Assembly (NCBI GenBank): GCA_943357985.1 | Contig: CALRGR010000004.1 | Location: forward strand, 1,238 to 65,237 | Length of the DNA stretch: 64,000 nucleotides | From: Candidatus Levybacteria bacterium GW2011_GWA1_37_16 | GTDB lineage: Bacteria > Patescibacteriota > Microgenomatia > Levybacterales > UBA12049 | Direction of reading: 5' to 3' | Part shown: positions 9,442 through 17,728 of the stretch, piece by piece | Layout of the letters: each line of letters opens with the position of its first letter | Position numbering within the stretch: the stretch's first letter is position 1 | Translations under genes and position numbers: made by a program | Notes under the pieces: model-generated | Seen by the model: the letters and a program-made list of their open reading frames with translations, nothing else | Told to the model about the DNA's origin: nothing | Databases searched by the model: none

Positions 9442-10341
9442 ATGAGAGAAATTACACTTGAAGAATTATTAGAGGCTGGTTGTCATTTTGGACATCAAGT
9501 AACACGTCAAAACCCCAAAGCACGCGATTTTGTTTTTGAAGCCCGCGACGGAATTCATATTATTGATCTTGCAAAAACTAAAGTTGGACTTGAAGAAGCA
9601 GGAGCATTTATTAGAGATTTAGCCTCAAGAGGTGGTAGTCTAGTTGTAGTTGGTACAAAAAGACAAGCACAACCGACTGTTATAGCTCAAGTTAAAAAAG
9701 CAGAAGAGCTAGGCGCCGGCGATGGGCTTTTTTCTATTACAAACCGTTGGATTGGGGGAATCCTTACAAACTTTGCCGAAGTTTCCAAAAATTTTGCAAA
9801 ACTTGCCGACATTGAAGAAAAACTCAAAAATGAGGAAGAAAGGTCCAAATATACCAAGAAAGAAATAGGAGACTGGGGAAAAGAAAAGCAAAAGCTTGAG
9901 AGTTTTTACGGCGGAATTTCAAGTATGAAAAAAACTCCGGATGCTCTTTTTATAATTGATTCTCACCTTGAAGATCTTGCAGTTAGAGAAGCAAAAGTAA
10001 TGGGTGTTCCAACCGTAGCCTTTGTAGATACAAATTCGGATCCTGAAGTTATAGATTATCCAATTCCGGCAAATGATGATGCACTTGGAAGCGTTGAGTT
10101 GATAGTTAAGTTTATAATGGATGCGTGGATTGAGGGTAAAAAAGTTCTTAAAGATAATACTGAAAAAGTCCTTCGACAGGCTCAGGATAAACTAGCAAAG
10201 GAAGAAAAAAAAGCCGTCGCCACTGAAAGCTCTAGTAATTTGAAAAAAGAAAAGAAAGTCCTTCGACAGGCTCAGGATAAACCAAAAAAAGAAGTAAAAA
10301 CAAAAACTAAAACAAAAACAAAAAAGCTTAAGAATTCGTAA
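9442..10341 (+). CDS. rpsB: 30S ribosomal protein S2
   Basis: LLEAGCHFGH, RWIGGILTN, DTNSDP, PANDD; Lys-rich tail. Confidence 0.97.
   Translation: MREITLEELLEAGCHFGHQVTRQNPKARDFVFEARDGIHIIDLAKTKVGLEEAGAFIRDLASRGGSLVVVGTKRQAQPTVIAQVKKAEELGAGDGLFSITNRWIGGILTNFAEVSKNFAKLADIEEKLKNEEERSKYTKKEIGDWGKEKQKLESFYGGISSMKKTPDALFIIDSHLEDLAVREAKVMGVPTVAFVDTNSDPEVIDYPIPANDDALGSVELIVKFIMDAWIEGKKVLKDNTEKVLRQAQDKLAKEEKKAVATESSSNLKKEKKVLRQAQDKPKKEVKTKTKTKTKKLKNS
10165..10282 (+). repeat. Two exact 28-bp copies of AAAGTCCTTCGACAGGCTCAGGATAAAC, in frame in the rpsB tail
   Basis: 10165-10192 and 10255-10282, both encoding KVLRQAQDK. Confidence 0.9.
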
Positions 10342-10360
10342 TTCTTAATTCTTAATTCAA
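10333..10360. repeat. Heptamer tandem repeat (AATTCNN x4) spanning the rpsB stop
   Basis: aattcgt aattctt aattctt aattcaa. Confidence 0.75.
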
Positions 10361-10361
10361 T

Positions 10362-10823
10362 ATGAAGGCAGATATAGGACTTCTGAAAAAACTCCGCCAG
10401 CAGTCGTTAGCGGCAATTGCAGATTGTAGAATGGCACTTGAAGAGTCAGATAATGACTACGATAAAGCTTTAGAATGGCTTAAAAAGCGGGGAATTGATA
10501 AGGCCGGTAAAAAGGGAGACAGGGAAACCTCACAAGGAATAATTGAAGCATATATTCATGGAAACGGAAGAGTTGGTGTACTTATTGAACTTTTGTGTGA
10601 GACTGATTTTGTCGCAAGAACAGATGAGTTTAAAAGCTTGGCACATGAGATTGCAATGCAGGCAGCCGCAATGAAACCCGTTGATGTTAAAAGCTTGCTC
10701 GGTCAAGAATATATCCGCGATTCATCTTTGACTATCGATAAGCTTGTTAAATCGGCAATTGGGAAACTCGGCGAAAATATTGTAATTAAAAGATTCAAGG
10801 TTTTTGAAATAGGACAAGAATAG
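10362..10823 (+). CDS. tsf: Elongation factor Ts (short form)
   Basis: ELLCETDFVART, GENIVIKRF; follows rpsB. Confidence 0.95.
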   Translation: MKADIGLLKKLRQQSLAAIADCRMALEESDNDYDKALEWLKKRGIDKAGKKGDRETSQGIIEAYIHGNGRVGVLIELLCETDFVARTDEFKSLAHEIAMQAAAMKPVDVKSLLGQEYIRDSSLTIDKLVKSAIGKLGENIVIKRFKVFEIGQE

Positions 10824-10878
10824 TCCTCCTCGTAAGTTTATAATTGCGAATTTTTATTTTTTCTGCTAATCTTGCAAT

Positions 10879-11274
10879 ATGACTGAGGCTCTTGTTGTTT
10901 CGGGAGATTTGATGCAAAAAAAAGAGGCTGTTTTAGATTCATGGAACAGTGCAGAAGTTTCTGATTTCTGTGACGCAGATACTTTAAACCCGCAAGACTT
11001 TAAACTATGGGCCGTAAAAAGAAGAACCGCAGTTGCATGGCGCATAAATATTTTAGGTAATCTTTTGCCCGATGTACTTACCGACGTTATGAAGTGCGTA
11101 GAATTTGAAAGAAGTATTATAGATGGTTCAGATGAAAGAGCAAAATCTGATATTGGTAGTGAAGATTATGCCAGGATAGGAGCATCATATTCTTCCGGCG
11201 AAAAAAGTCCACTAAATGCGATATTTATGACCGCTATTAAACATGTCAGGGAACTTCGAGCCGGTATAGAATAA
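10879..11274 (+). CDS. Hypothetical protein at the usual pyrH position
   Basis: 131-aa ORF with no UMP kinase motifs. Confidence 0.6.
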   Translation: MTEALVVSGDLMQKKEAVLDSWNSAEVSDFCDADTLNPQDFKLWAVKRRTAVAWRINILGNLLPDVLTDVMKCVEFERSIIDGSDERAKSDIGSEDYARIGASYSSGEKSPLNAIFMTAIKHVRELRAGIE

Positions 11275-11281
11275 TAAATTT

Positions 11282-11842
11282 ATGAATGATATAACTCAAG
11301 AAACAAAAGAAAAAATGGATAAAGTTTTGGATGTTTTGCATTCTGATTTGGCAACAGTTAGAGCCGGCCGCGCTAGCCCTTCGCTTGTTGAACATATTGT
11401 CATCTCAGCTTACGGTGGAACCGCAAGGCTTAAAGTTGTAGAGCTTGCTACCATTTCCGCAACTGATAATCAGACATTAACGGTAACCCCTTTTGATGGT
11501 TCAATAATTGGTGAAATTCAGAAAGGAATTATAGAATCAGGAGGAGGCCTAAATCCTGTAATTGATGGACAGCTCATAAGAATTGCAATTCCAATGCTTT
11601 CGGAAGAAAGAAGATTGGAACTTATAAAGCTTATGAAGCAAAAGCTTGAAAACGGCAAAATTATGGTGCGTCAAGTAAGGCATGAGGCAATGGAAGAGAT
11701 TAAGAAACAATATAATGACAAGACAATTGGAGAAGATGAAATGGCGCGGCTTGAAAAAGAAATTCAAAGAGCAACTGATGACAACATGAGTCAAATTGAT
11801 GAAATGGGCAAGCGCAAAGAAGAAGAACTCCTTCAAATTTAA
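11282..11842 (+). CDS. frr: Ribosome recycling factor
   Basis: RAGRASP, LNPVIDG, LSEERR, VRQVR. Confidence 0.95.
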   Translation: MNDITQETKEKMDKVLDVLHSDLATVRAGRASPSLVEHIVISAYGGTARLKVVELATISATDNQTLTVTPFDGSIIGEIQKGIIESGGGLNPVIDGQLIRIAIPMLSEERRLELIKLMKQKLENGKIMVRQVRHEAMEEIKKQYNDKTIGEDEMARLEKEIQRATDDNMSQIDEMGKRKEEELLQI

Positions 11843-11845
11843 TTT

Positions 11846-12955
11846 ATGCTTACCGCTTTAATTTTTCTACTTATCCTCATGCTTCTTGTTTTAATTCATG
11901 AGGCCGGACATTTTTTTATTGCAAAGTGGCTTGGAATAAAAGTTGAAGAGTTTGGTTTTGGTTTTCCACCGCGCGCATTTAGTATTAAAAAAGGAGAAAC
12001 TCTTTATTCCATAAATTGGTTGCCAATTGGTGGATTTGTAAAACTTTATGGAGAAGATGAGGCAGGAGGAGGGAAAATAAAGCCATCAGCCATTAGCCAT
12101 CAGCTATCAGCCGATTTGGGTAGGGCATTTTTTGCAAGACCAGCTTGGCAAAGAGTCCTAGTTGTTTTTGCCGGAGTTGTAATGAATTTTTTACTGGCAG
12201 TTGTAATTATTTCTTATCTCTATGGAGTAACTGGCGTTTCGGTTCCTGGAGATAAAGTATCAATTACAGGTACTTCACCTTCTTCACCCGCTCAGATGGC
12301 GGGTCTTTCTAAGGGTGACCTAATCAAATCAATAAATGGTGTTTCTATAAAAAGCGCTGAAGAGCTAACGGTTTTTACACAAAAACATTTAGGAGAGAAG
12401 CTGTCTTTGGTGATTGAAAGAAATGACAAGGCCCAGTCGGTAGAAATTATCCCACGTAAAAATTATCCCGCGGGACAAGGTCCTATGGGAGTAAGCATTA
12501 CTACAAATGTAATAATTAAAAAATACCCATGGTATCAGGCGCCGGTTGTTGGAACAATAGAAGCAGCTAAAACTTCCTGGATGATTGCTGCAAGTTTAGG
12601 CAAAACCGTTTTTGATTTGGTTACTAAGGCTCAGGTTCCGCAGGGAGTTGCCGGGCCTATCGGAATCGCACAACTTACGGGGCAATTTGTTCAGATTGGA
12701 CCAATAGCAGTTTTGTCTCTAATTTCACTGCTTTCTTTAAACTTAGCTATTTTAAATGTTTTACCAATTCCGGCACTTGACGGAGGAAGATTATTTTTTA
12801 TTTTAATTGAACTTGTAACACGCAAAAAAGTAAATCAGAAGTATGAAAACTATGCGCACGCTCTAGGAATGGTTGTTCTTCTTACTCTAATAGCGATCAT
12901 TACACTCCACGATATATTTAGGATTTTTAGCGGCCAACCCCTACTTCCTAAATAG
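11846..12955 (+). CDS. rseP: RIP metalloprotease RseP (M50 with PDZ domain)
   Basis: HEAGH, PIGGFVKL, NVLPIPALDGG. Confidence 0.93.
   Translation: MLTALIFLLILMLLVLIHEAGHFFIAKWLGIKVEEFGFGFPPRAFSIKKGETLYSINWLPIGGFVKLYGEDEAGGGKIKPSAISHQLSADLGRAFFARPAWQRVLVVFAGVVMNFLLAVVIISYLYGVTGVSVPGDKVSITGTSPSSPAQMAGLSKGDLIKSINGVSIKSAEELTVFTQKHLGEKLSLVIERNDKAQSVEIIPRKNYPAGQGPMGVSITTNVIIKKYPWYQAPVVGTIEAAKTSWMIAASLGKTVFDLVTKAQVPQGVAGPIGIAQLTGQFVQIGPIAVLSLISLLSLNLAILNVLPIPALDGGRLFFILIELVTRKKVNQKYENYAHALGMVVLLTLIAIITLHDIFRIFSGQPLLPK
12081..12115. repeat. Heptamer tandem repeat (AGCCATC x5), in frame in rseP
   Basis: agccatc agccatt agccatc agctatc agccgat, encoding PSAISHQLSAD. Confidence 0.85.
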
Positions 12956-13339
12956 TTAGCGAATATCATCTAGTCCATCAATACCTTCTATAAAATCATA
13001 GATGTAGTTATCAGATAAGCTTGAATGGTAGGGTGTATCCTCAACTTTTCTTACGATGAAAACTCTTGCAACTCTGTCCATTTGTCTTGTAACTTTGGTT
13101 ATGAATTTACTTAAACCTATTTTATCAAGTGCTCTTGCTTTTAAGATATCATCCTTTCCCATTATTCGTGTCTGGCCGTCCCTGTAGAGAAAGCCTATTA
13201 TAGGAGAATCCGTGCTGTTTATCTGCATTCCTACAATCCTTCTAAGATTTTCAACGGAGAATTTTTTTGGGTTAAATTCAACCTTTCCAATTCCATTGCC
13301 ATATCCGACAGATATATTTGGATTTATTTCCTTATTCAT
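12956..13339 (-). CDS. Hypothetical protein
   Basis: Likely true start MNKEINP (ATG 13339) after a TATAAT; the longer ORF extension overlaps the T-box. Confidence 0.55.
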   Translation of the reverse strand: MNKEINPNISVGYGNGIGKVEFNPKKFSVENLRRIVGMQINSTDSPIIGFLYRDGQTRIMGKDDILKARALDKIGLSKFITKVTRQMDRVARVFIVRKVEDTPYHSSLSDNYIYDFIEGIDGLDDIR

Positions 13340-13399
13340 ATTTGTACAAATGATGATTATACAAGAAATTAAAAGAAAGTGATATATGAAAAATGAATC

Positions 13400-13429
13400 T
13401 TGACATAAATAACTATTGGAGCTTATAAT
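13400..13429 (+). promoter_or_regulatory. Sigma70-type promoter for T-box/csaA/proS
   Basis: TTGACA 13400-13405, 18-nt spacer, TATAAT 13424-13429. Confidence 0.7.
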
Positions 13430-13440
13430 TGATTTATATA

Positions 13441-13603
13441 AAGCGTTTGAGTTTGGTTTCCTGCCAAGCGAGCTGATTGCGATAAGCAGTACGGAAACTC
13501 TACCGTAAAAGAGAGATTTGAGGTTTAGTCTAAAATAGATTAAGCGAAACAGGGTGGTACCACGAAGAACACTTCGTCCTTGTATGGGAAGAGGTGTTTT
13601 TTT
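13441..13603 (+). promoter_or_regulatory. Proline T-box riboswitch
   Basis: T-box AGGGTGGTACCACG 13551-13564; antiterminator partner CGTCCTTG; terminator hairpin plus U-tract; CCT (Pro) codon in the Stem I loop; upstream of proS. Confidence 0.88.
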
Positions 13604-13939
13604 ATGGCAACAATTGATGATTTTGATAAATTGGATATTAGAGTCGGAGTAATAACGGGAGTTGATGACTTTCCGCAGGCCCGCAAACCTTCCTATAAAT
13701 TGACTATAAACTTTGGACCGGAAATTGGAATAAAACATTCAAGTGCGCAACTGGTAAAACACTATAAAAAAGAAGAGTTGGTTGGTAGAAAAGTGATGGG
13801 AGTTGTTAATTTTCCGCAGAGACAAATTGGTCCTTTCATGTCTGAGTCTTTAACGCTGGGTGTACCAGACGAAGAGCACGAATGTATTCTGATAGTTCCC
13901 GATAAAGATGATGCTATAATAGGAGGGAAGCTTTACTAA
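13604..13939 (+). CDS. csaA: tRNA-binding OB-fold protein (CsaA/Trbp111 family)
   Basis: DFDKLDIRVG, SSAQL, VVNFP, FMSESLTLG; 111 aa from ATG 13604. Confidence 0.88.
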   Translation: MATIDDFDKLDIRVGVITGVDDFPQARKPSYKLTINFGPEIGIKHSSAQLVKHYKKEELVGRKVMGVVNFPQRQIGPFMSESLTLGVPDEEHECILIVPDKDDAIIGGKLY

Positions 13940-13940
13940 T

Positions 13941-15173
13941 ATGAAATATTCACAATTGTTTGGGAAGACTGTAAAGGATGCACCAAAAGATGAAACCTCC
14001 ACCAATGCCAAGCTTCTAACTCAGGCTGGATTTATAAGAAAAGAAGTAGCGGGGGTTTATAATTTTTTGCCATTGGGACTTCGTGTTGTTAATAAAATTT
14101 CAAACATAGTTAGGGAGGAAATGAATAAAGCCGGCGGTCAGGAAATTCTTCTTTCTGCTTTGCAAAATAAAGAAAGTTGGCAAAAGTCCGGACGGTGGAA
14201 TAGTTTTGATGCGCTTTTCAAACTTGCGAGCCAATTTGAAAAAGAATATGCCTTGGGGCCAACGCATGAGGAAGTTCTGGTTCCTCTGGCGCAGGAGTTT
14301 ATCCTTTCCTATAAAGATTTGCCCGTATATCTTTATCAAATTCAGACAAAATTTAGAGATGAAGCCAGGGCAAAAGCTGGAATTTTAAGAGGGCGGGAGT
14401 TTTTAATGAAAGACTTTTATTCGTTTCATGAGACGGAAAAAGACATGAACGATTATTACGAAAAAATGAAAGCAGCCTACAAAAATATTTTTAAAAGATT
14501 GGGACTTGATGCAATTGAGACCAAAGCTGGGGGAGGAACGTTCTCTGACTTTTCCCATGAATATCAGGTTATAACAGAAGCCGGTGAGGACGAGATTATT
14601 TATTGCCCGGGAGGAGATTTTTCGGAAAATACAGAAATTGCAAAAGTGGCAGAAGGAAAAGAGTGTGATTTGGGTCACGGACCTCTAAAAAAAGTTAAAA
14701 CCATAGAGGCTGGAAATATTTTTCCGTTGTCTGACAAATTCTCAAAAGCTTTTGGACTTAAATTTAAAGATAAAGACGGAAAAGAAAAATATGTAATGAT
14801 GGGCTGTTATGGTTTGGGAATAACGCGTGCAATGGGGACAATTGTTGAAGTTTCACATGATGACAAGGGAATTATTTGGCCTGCGGCAGTATCTCCATTT
14901 GACGTTCACCTAGTTCATATTGAAGATGCAGAAAGTGAACCATGGGCAAAGGAAGCTTATGAGAAGTTAACGGATGCCGGAGTAGATGTGCTTTGGGATG
15001 ACAGAGAAAATGCGACTGCCGGACAAAAATTTGCGGATGCGGATTTGATTGGAATTCCTGTTAGGCTTGTTGTTTCTAAAAAAGTTGGACAGGGAAAAGT
15101 TGAATGGAAAAAAAGGGCTAGTCAGGATTCGGAAATGATAACGTTAGATGCTGCAATCCAGAAATTAAGGTAG
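13941..15173 (+). CDS. proS: Proline--tRNA ligase (short, no editing domain)
   Basis: LGPTHEE, KFRDEAR, RGREFLMKD, MGCYGLG, DADLIGIP. Confidence 0.95.
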   Translation: MKYSQLFGKTVKDAPKDETSTNAKLLTQAGFIRKEVAGVYNFLPLGLRVVNKISNIVREEMNKAGGQEILLSALQNKESWQKSGRWNSFDALFKLASQFEKEYALGPTHEEVLVPLAQEFILSYKDLPVYLYQIQTKFRDEARAKAGILRGREFLMKDFYSFHETEKDMNDYYEKMKAAYKNIFKRLGLDAIETKAGGGTFSDFSHEYQVITEAGEDEIIYCPGGDFSENTEIAKVAEGKECDLGHGPLKKVKTIEAGNIFPLSDKFSKAFGLKFKDKDGKEKYVMMGCYGLGITRAMGTIVEVSHDDKGIIWPAAVSPFDVHLVHIEDAESEPWAKEAYEKLTDAGVDVLWDDRENATAGQKFADADLIGIPVRLVVSKKVGQGKVEWKKRASQDSEMITLDAAIQKLR

Positions 15174-15617
15174 GAAGGGAATAGTTGCGCCAAAAACTTT
15201 TACCCAGACAAGCGTATAGACTAATAAAAACACAAAAACCCCCAAACCTAAAATAACAGGAGATACTTTTCCGGCTTTTTTCTTGGAGCTGAATACTTGA
15301 GAATTTGTTGCGTTTATATCAACAGGTGCTTGTTGCGGCTGGGCAGTTGTTGTAACGTCCGTTTTTAGCTCAGGTGAAGATTGTACCTGAGGCATTATCG
15401 GTTGTGGTTGGATAGGGATTGGATTAATAGTTGCTGCGGGTTGAGCCGGCGCAGGAATTACTGGTGTAGATATGGAGTTAGGAGTAGGGTTTGGCTGAAA
15501 TCCACTGGTAGCAGGTGTCTGTGCAGGTTTGATTGCAGGAGCAGGAACGGGCGTACTCATTACACGGTTAAATGTTTCCTGAAGTTTTGGATCAAATCCT
15601 GAGAGTTGTTTATCCAT
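15165..15617 (-). CDS. Pro/Gln/Thr-rich protein with a C-terminal membrane anchor
   Basis: Low-complexity body and C-terminal TM helix; likely ATG 15617. Confidence 0.7.
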   Translation of the reverse strand: MDKQLSGFDPKLQETFNRVMSTPVPAPAIKPAQTPATSGFQPNPTPNSISTPVIPAPAQPAATINPIPIQPQPIMPQVQSSPELKTDVTTTAQPQQAPVDINATNSQVFSSKKKAGKVSPVILGLGVFVFLLVYTLVWVKVFGATIPFLP

Positions 15618-15665
15618 GGCAAGTAATATCGTCTTAAATTCGCGCGACTTTGTCAATAGCAAATA

Positions 15666-15766
15666 GAATTTCTAATTCAAAATTTCTAATTTCTAATCAA
15701 ATCCAAATGTTTAAAATTTAAAATATTAAAAATTGAATAAAAATTAAGAATTAAAAATTTAAAATT
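15666..15766. repeat. AT-rich heptamer array with roughly inverted halves
   Basis: aatttct/aattcaa units on the left, aaaatt/agaatt units on the right. Confidence 0.7.
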
Positions 15767-15780
15767 GCTATAATAGGGAT

Positions 15781-16665
15781 ATGAAAATTGTTGTAACGCA
15801 TGGATCGCCCGATATGGACGCCATAACCTCGACTTGGCTTATTAAAAGATATTTACCCGGTTGGGAAGATGCTGTGGTAAAATTTGTTGCTGCAGGAGAA
15901 AGACTCGACTCCAGCAAAAATAAAGACGAAGTTATAGAAAAGATTGGAGAAAATGAAGTGATAACCGTTGACACTGGACTTGGGCCGCTTGATCACCACC
16001 AAACGCAAAGCGATAAAGTTTGCGGAGCAAGTCTAACATGGGATTATGTCAGAGTTGCGAGTTCAGAATTTAGAATTCAGAATGATAAAACAAAGAGTAA
16101 GGAAGAAGCTATCTCCCGGATTGTAAAAGTTGTTGTTGATATAGATCACTTCAAGGAAGTTTTCTGGAAAGATTCTATTGCCGATTATCATGAATTCTCT
16201 CTGGTAAATATTTTAGATGGACTTAAGCTTCAAAAGCCAGGAGATAATAGTTATTATGTAGAGTTTGTAATGAATAGTTTAGACGCATTACTTCATGAGT
16301 TTGAAAATAGAATTTGGGCGGAAAAAGAAATTAAGGAAAATGGAAAGCAGTTCAAAATCAGCAACGGACGCGCAATCGGCTTTGAAACTTTAAACGATAC
16401 GGTTATAAAACTTTCTCAAAAAATGGGATATGTTTTAGTTGTTAGGAAAGATCCAAGAAAAGGTTATGTAAGAATTAAAGCAAATCCGGATTCCGATATT
16501 GATCTAACTTTAGCCTATGAGAATTTTAAAAAAATAGACCCCGATGCAACCTGGTTTCTGCATGTTTCAAAAAGAATGCTCTTGAATGGGTCTGTAAAAA
16601 ACCCAAAAATGAGGCCAACGAGGCTAAAACTTGATGCTATAATAAAGGTGCTTGAACAAATATGA
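15781..16665 (+). CDS. DHH/MYG1-like phosphoesterase
   Basis: VTHGSPDMDA and LDHHQ motifs. Confidence 0.6.
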   Translation: MKIVVTHGSPDMDAITSTWLIKRYLPGWEDAVVKFVAAGERLDSSKNKDEVIEKIGENEVITVDTGLGPLDHHQTQSDKVCGASLTWDYVRVASSEFRIQNDKTKSKEEAISRIVKVVVDIDHFKEVFWKDSIADYHEFSLVNILDGLKLQKPGDNSYYVEFVMNSLDALLHEFENRIWAEKEIKENGKQFKISNGRAIGFETLNDTVIKLSQKMGYVLVVRKDPRKGYVRIKANPDSDIDLTLAYENFKKIDPDATWFLHVSKRMLLNGSVKNPKMRPTRLKLDAIIKVLEQI

Positions 16666-16991
16666 ATACCTGTGTTTTCTGTAAAATTGCCCGTCACGAG
16701 ATTCCAAAAGATTTTGCCTATGAAGACAAAGACATAATGGTCTTTGATGACATAAATCCCCTAAAGCCGATACATATCCTTGTAGTTCCCAAAGCACACA
16801 TCAAGGATTTTAATTATTTGTCCGATGACAAGATTTGGAAAAAAATAAGAGTTGTTGCACAGGAAATGGTTGCTAAAAAGAAGATAAAAAATAAAGGATA
16901 CCGTCTTACAATGCATGGCGGAGGAGCACAAGTTATAGACCATTTGCATGTTCACATCACAGGCCCCTTAGGAAAATCCGCAAAGATGTAG
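16662..16991 (+). CDS. HIT family nucleotide hydrolase
   Basis: CVFCKI, HILVVPKAH, HLHVH. Confidence 0.9.
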   Translation: MNTCVFCKIARHEIPKDFAYEDKDIMVFDDINPLKPIHILVVPKAHIKDFNYLSDDKIWKKIRVVAQEMVAKKKIKNKGYRLTMHGGGAQVIDHLHVHITGPLGKSAKM

Positions 16992-17147
16992 ACTACTGGT
17001 TTGTCGAGTCAAAAAGTACTATAATAGGTATAGTTGTCCATCCCGAACTTGCCGTTTGCCTTTTCAGAACTATTCGTACACGGCTCACGGAGCGTTTTCG
17101 GGCGGACTTAACCCCGCTAAGCGGGGTAAAGGGGGTGTTTTATTTTT

Positions 17148-17330
17148 ATGGTAGTTGTTAAAAAAATGCCGGGTGAGTCTGATGAATCGCTTATCCGTAA
17201 ATTTTCAAAAAAAGTTATAAATGAAGGAATAATCCAAGAGGCAAAAAGACGAGAATTTTATCTTAAGCCCTCACTTGCCCGTAAGCAAAAAGCAGAAGAT
17301 GCAAGACGTGTTAAGAAAGTTTGGGCCTAA
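17148..17330 (+). CDS. rpsU: 30S ribosomal protein S21
   Basis: ESLIRKF, RREFYLKPS. Confidence 0.9.
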   Translation: MVVVKKMPGESDESLIRKFSKKVINEGIIQEAKRREFYLKPSLARKQKAEDARRVKKVWA

Positions 17331-17333
17331 TTT

Positions 17334-17723
17334 ATGGCAGATGTAAATGTTCCTATTTTTGTTGAGAGCAGATATAAGGTTAACAGAAAAAGAATAAAAA
17401 ATACTGTATCTGTTTTGCTTGATAAGCATGAAGTTAAAGGCCAAGTTGAAGTATCCGTTGCAGTTGTTGGAGACAGAAAGATGCGGGAACTTTCTAAGAA
17501 ATATAAGGGAGAAGATAAGACAAGAAATATTCTCTCTTTTTCTATGGCAGAGGGAGAGTCAACCGTAATGCCTAAGGTTGATACGTTAATGCTTGGAGAC
17601 ATAGTGCTTTCATATCCTGAAGTTATTAAAGATGCGTCTCGGGATGAAGTTTTAGTTGATGACAAAGTAGATGAGCTGGTAATACATGGACTTGAACATT
17701 TACTCGGGCTTCACCATGAATAG
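17334..17723 (+). CDS. ybeY: rRNA maturation RNase YbeY
   Basis: ILSF, LGDIVL, HGLEHLLGLHH. Confidence 0.9.
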   Translation: MADVNVPIFVESRYKVNRKRIKNTVSVLLDKHEVKGQVEVSVAVVGDRKMRELSKKYKGEDKTRNILSFSMAEGESTVMPKVDTLMLGDIVLSYPEVIKDASRDEVLVDDKVDELVIHGLEHLLGLHHE

Positions 17724-17728
17724 TAAAT

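Noticed and set aside
13340-13738. N-terminal extension of the 260-aa minus-strand ORF 12956-13738
   Set aside because: It overlaps the T-box, the promoter and csaA on the other strand; the true start is probably 13339.
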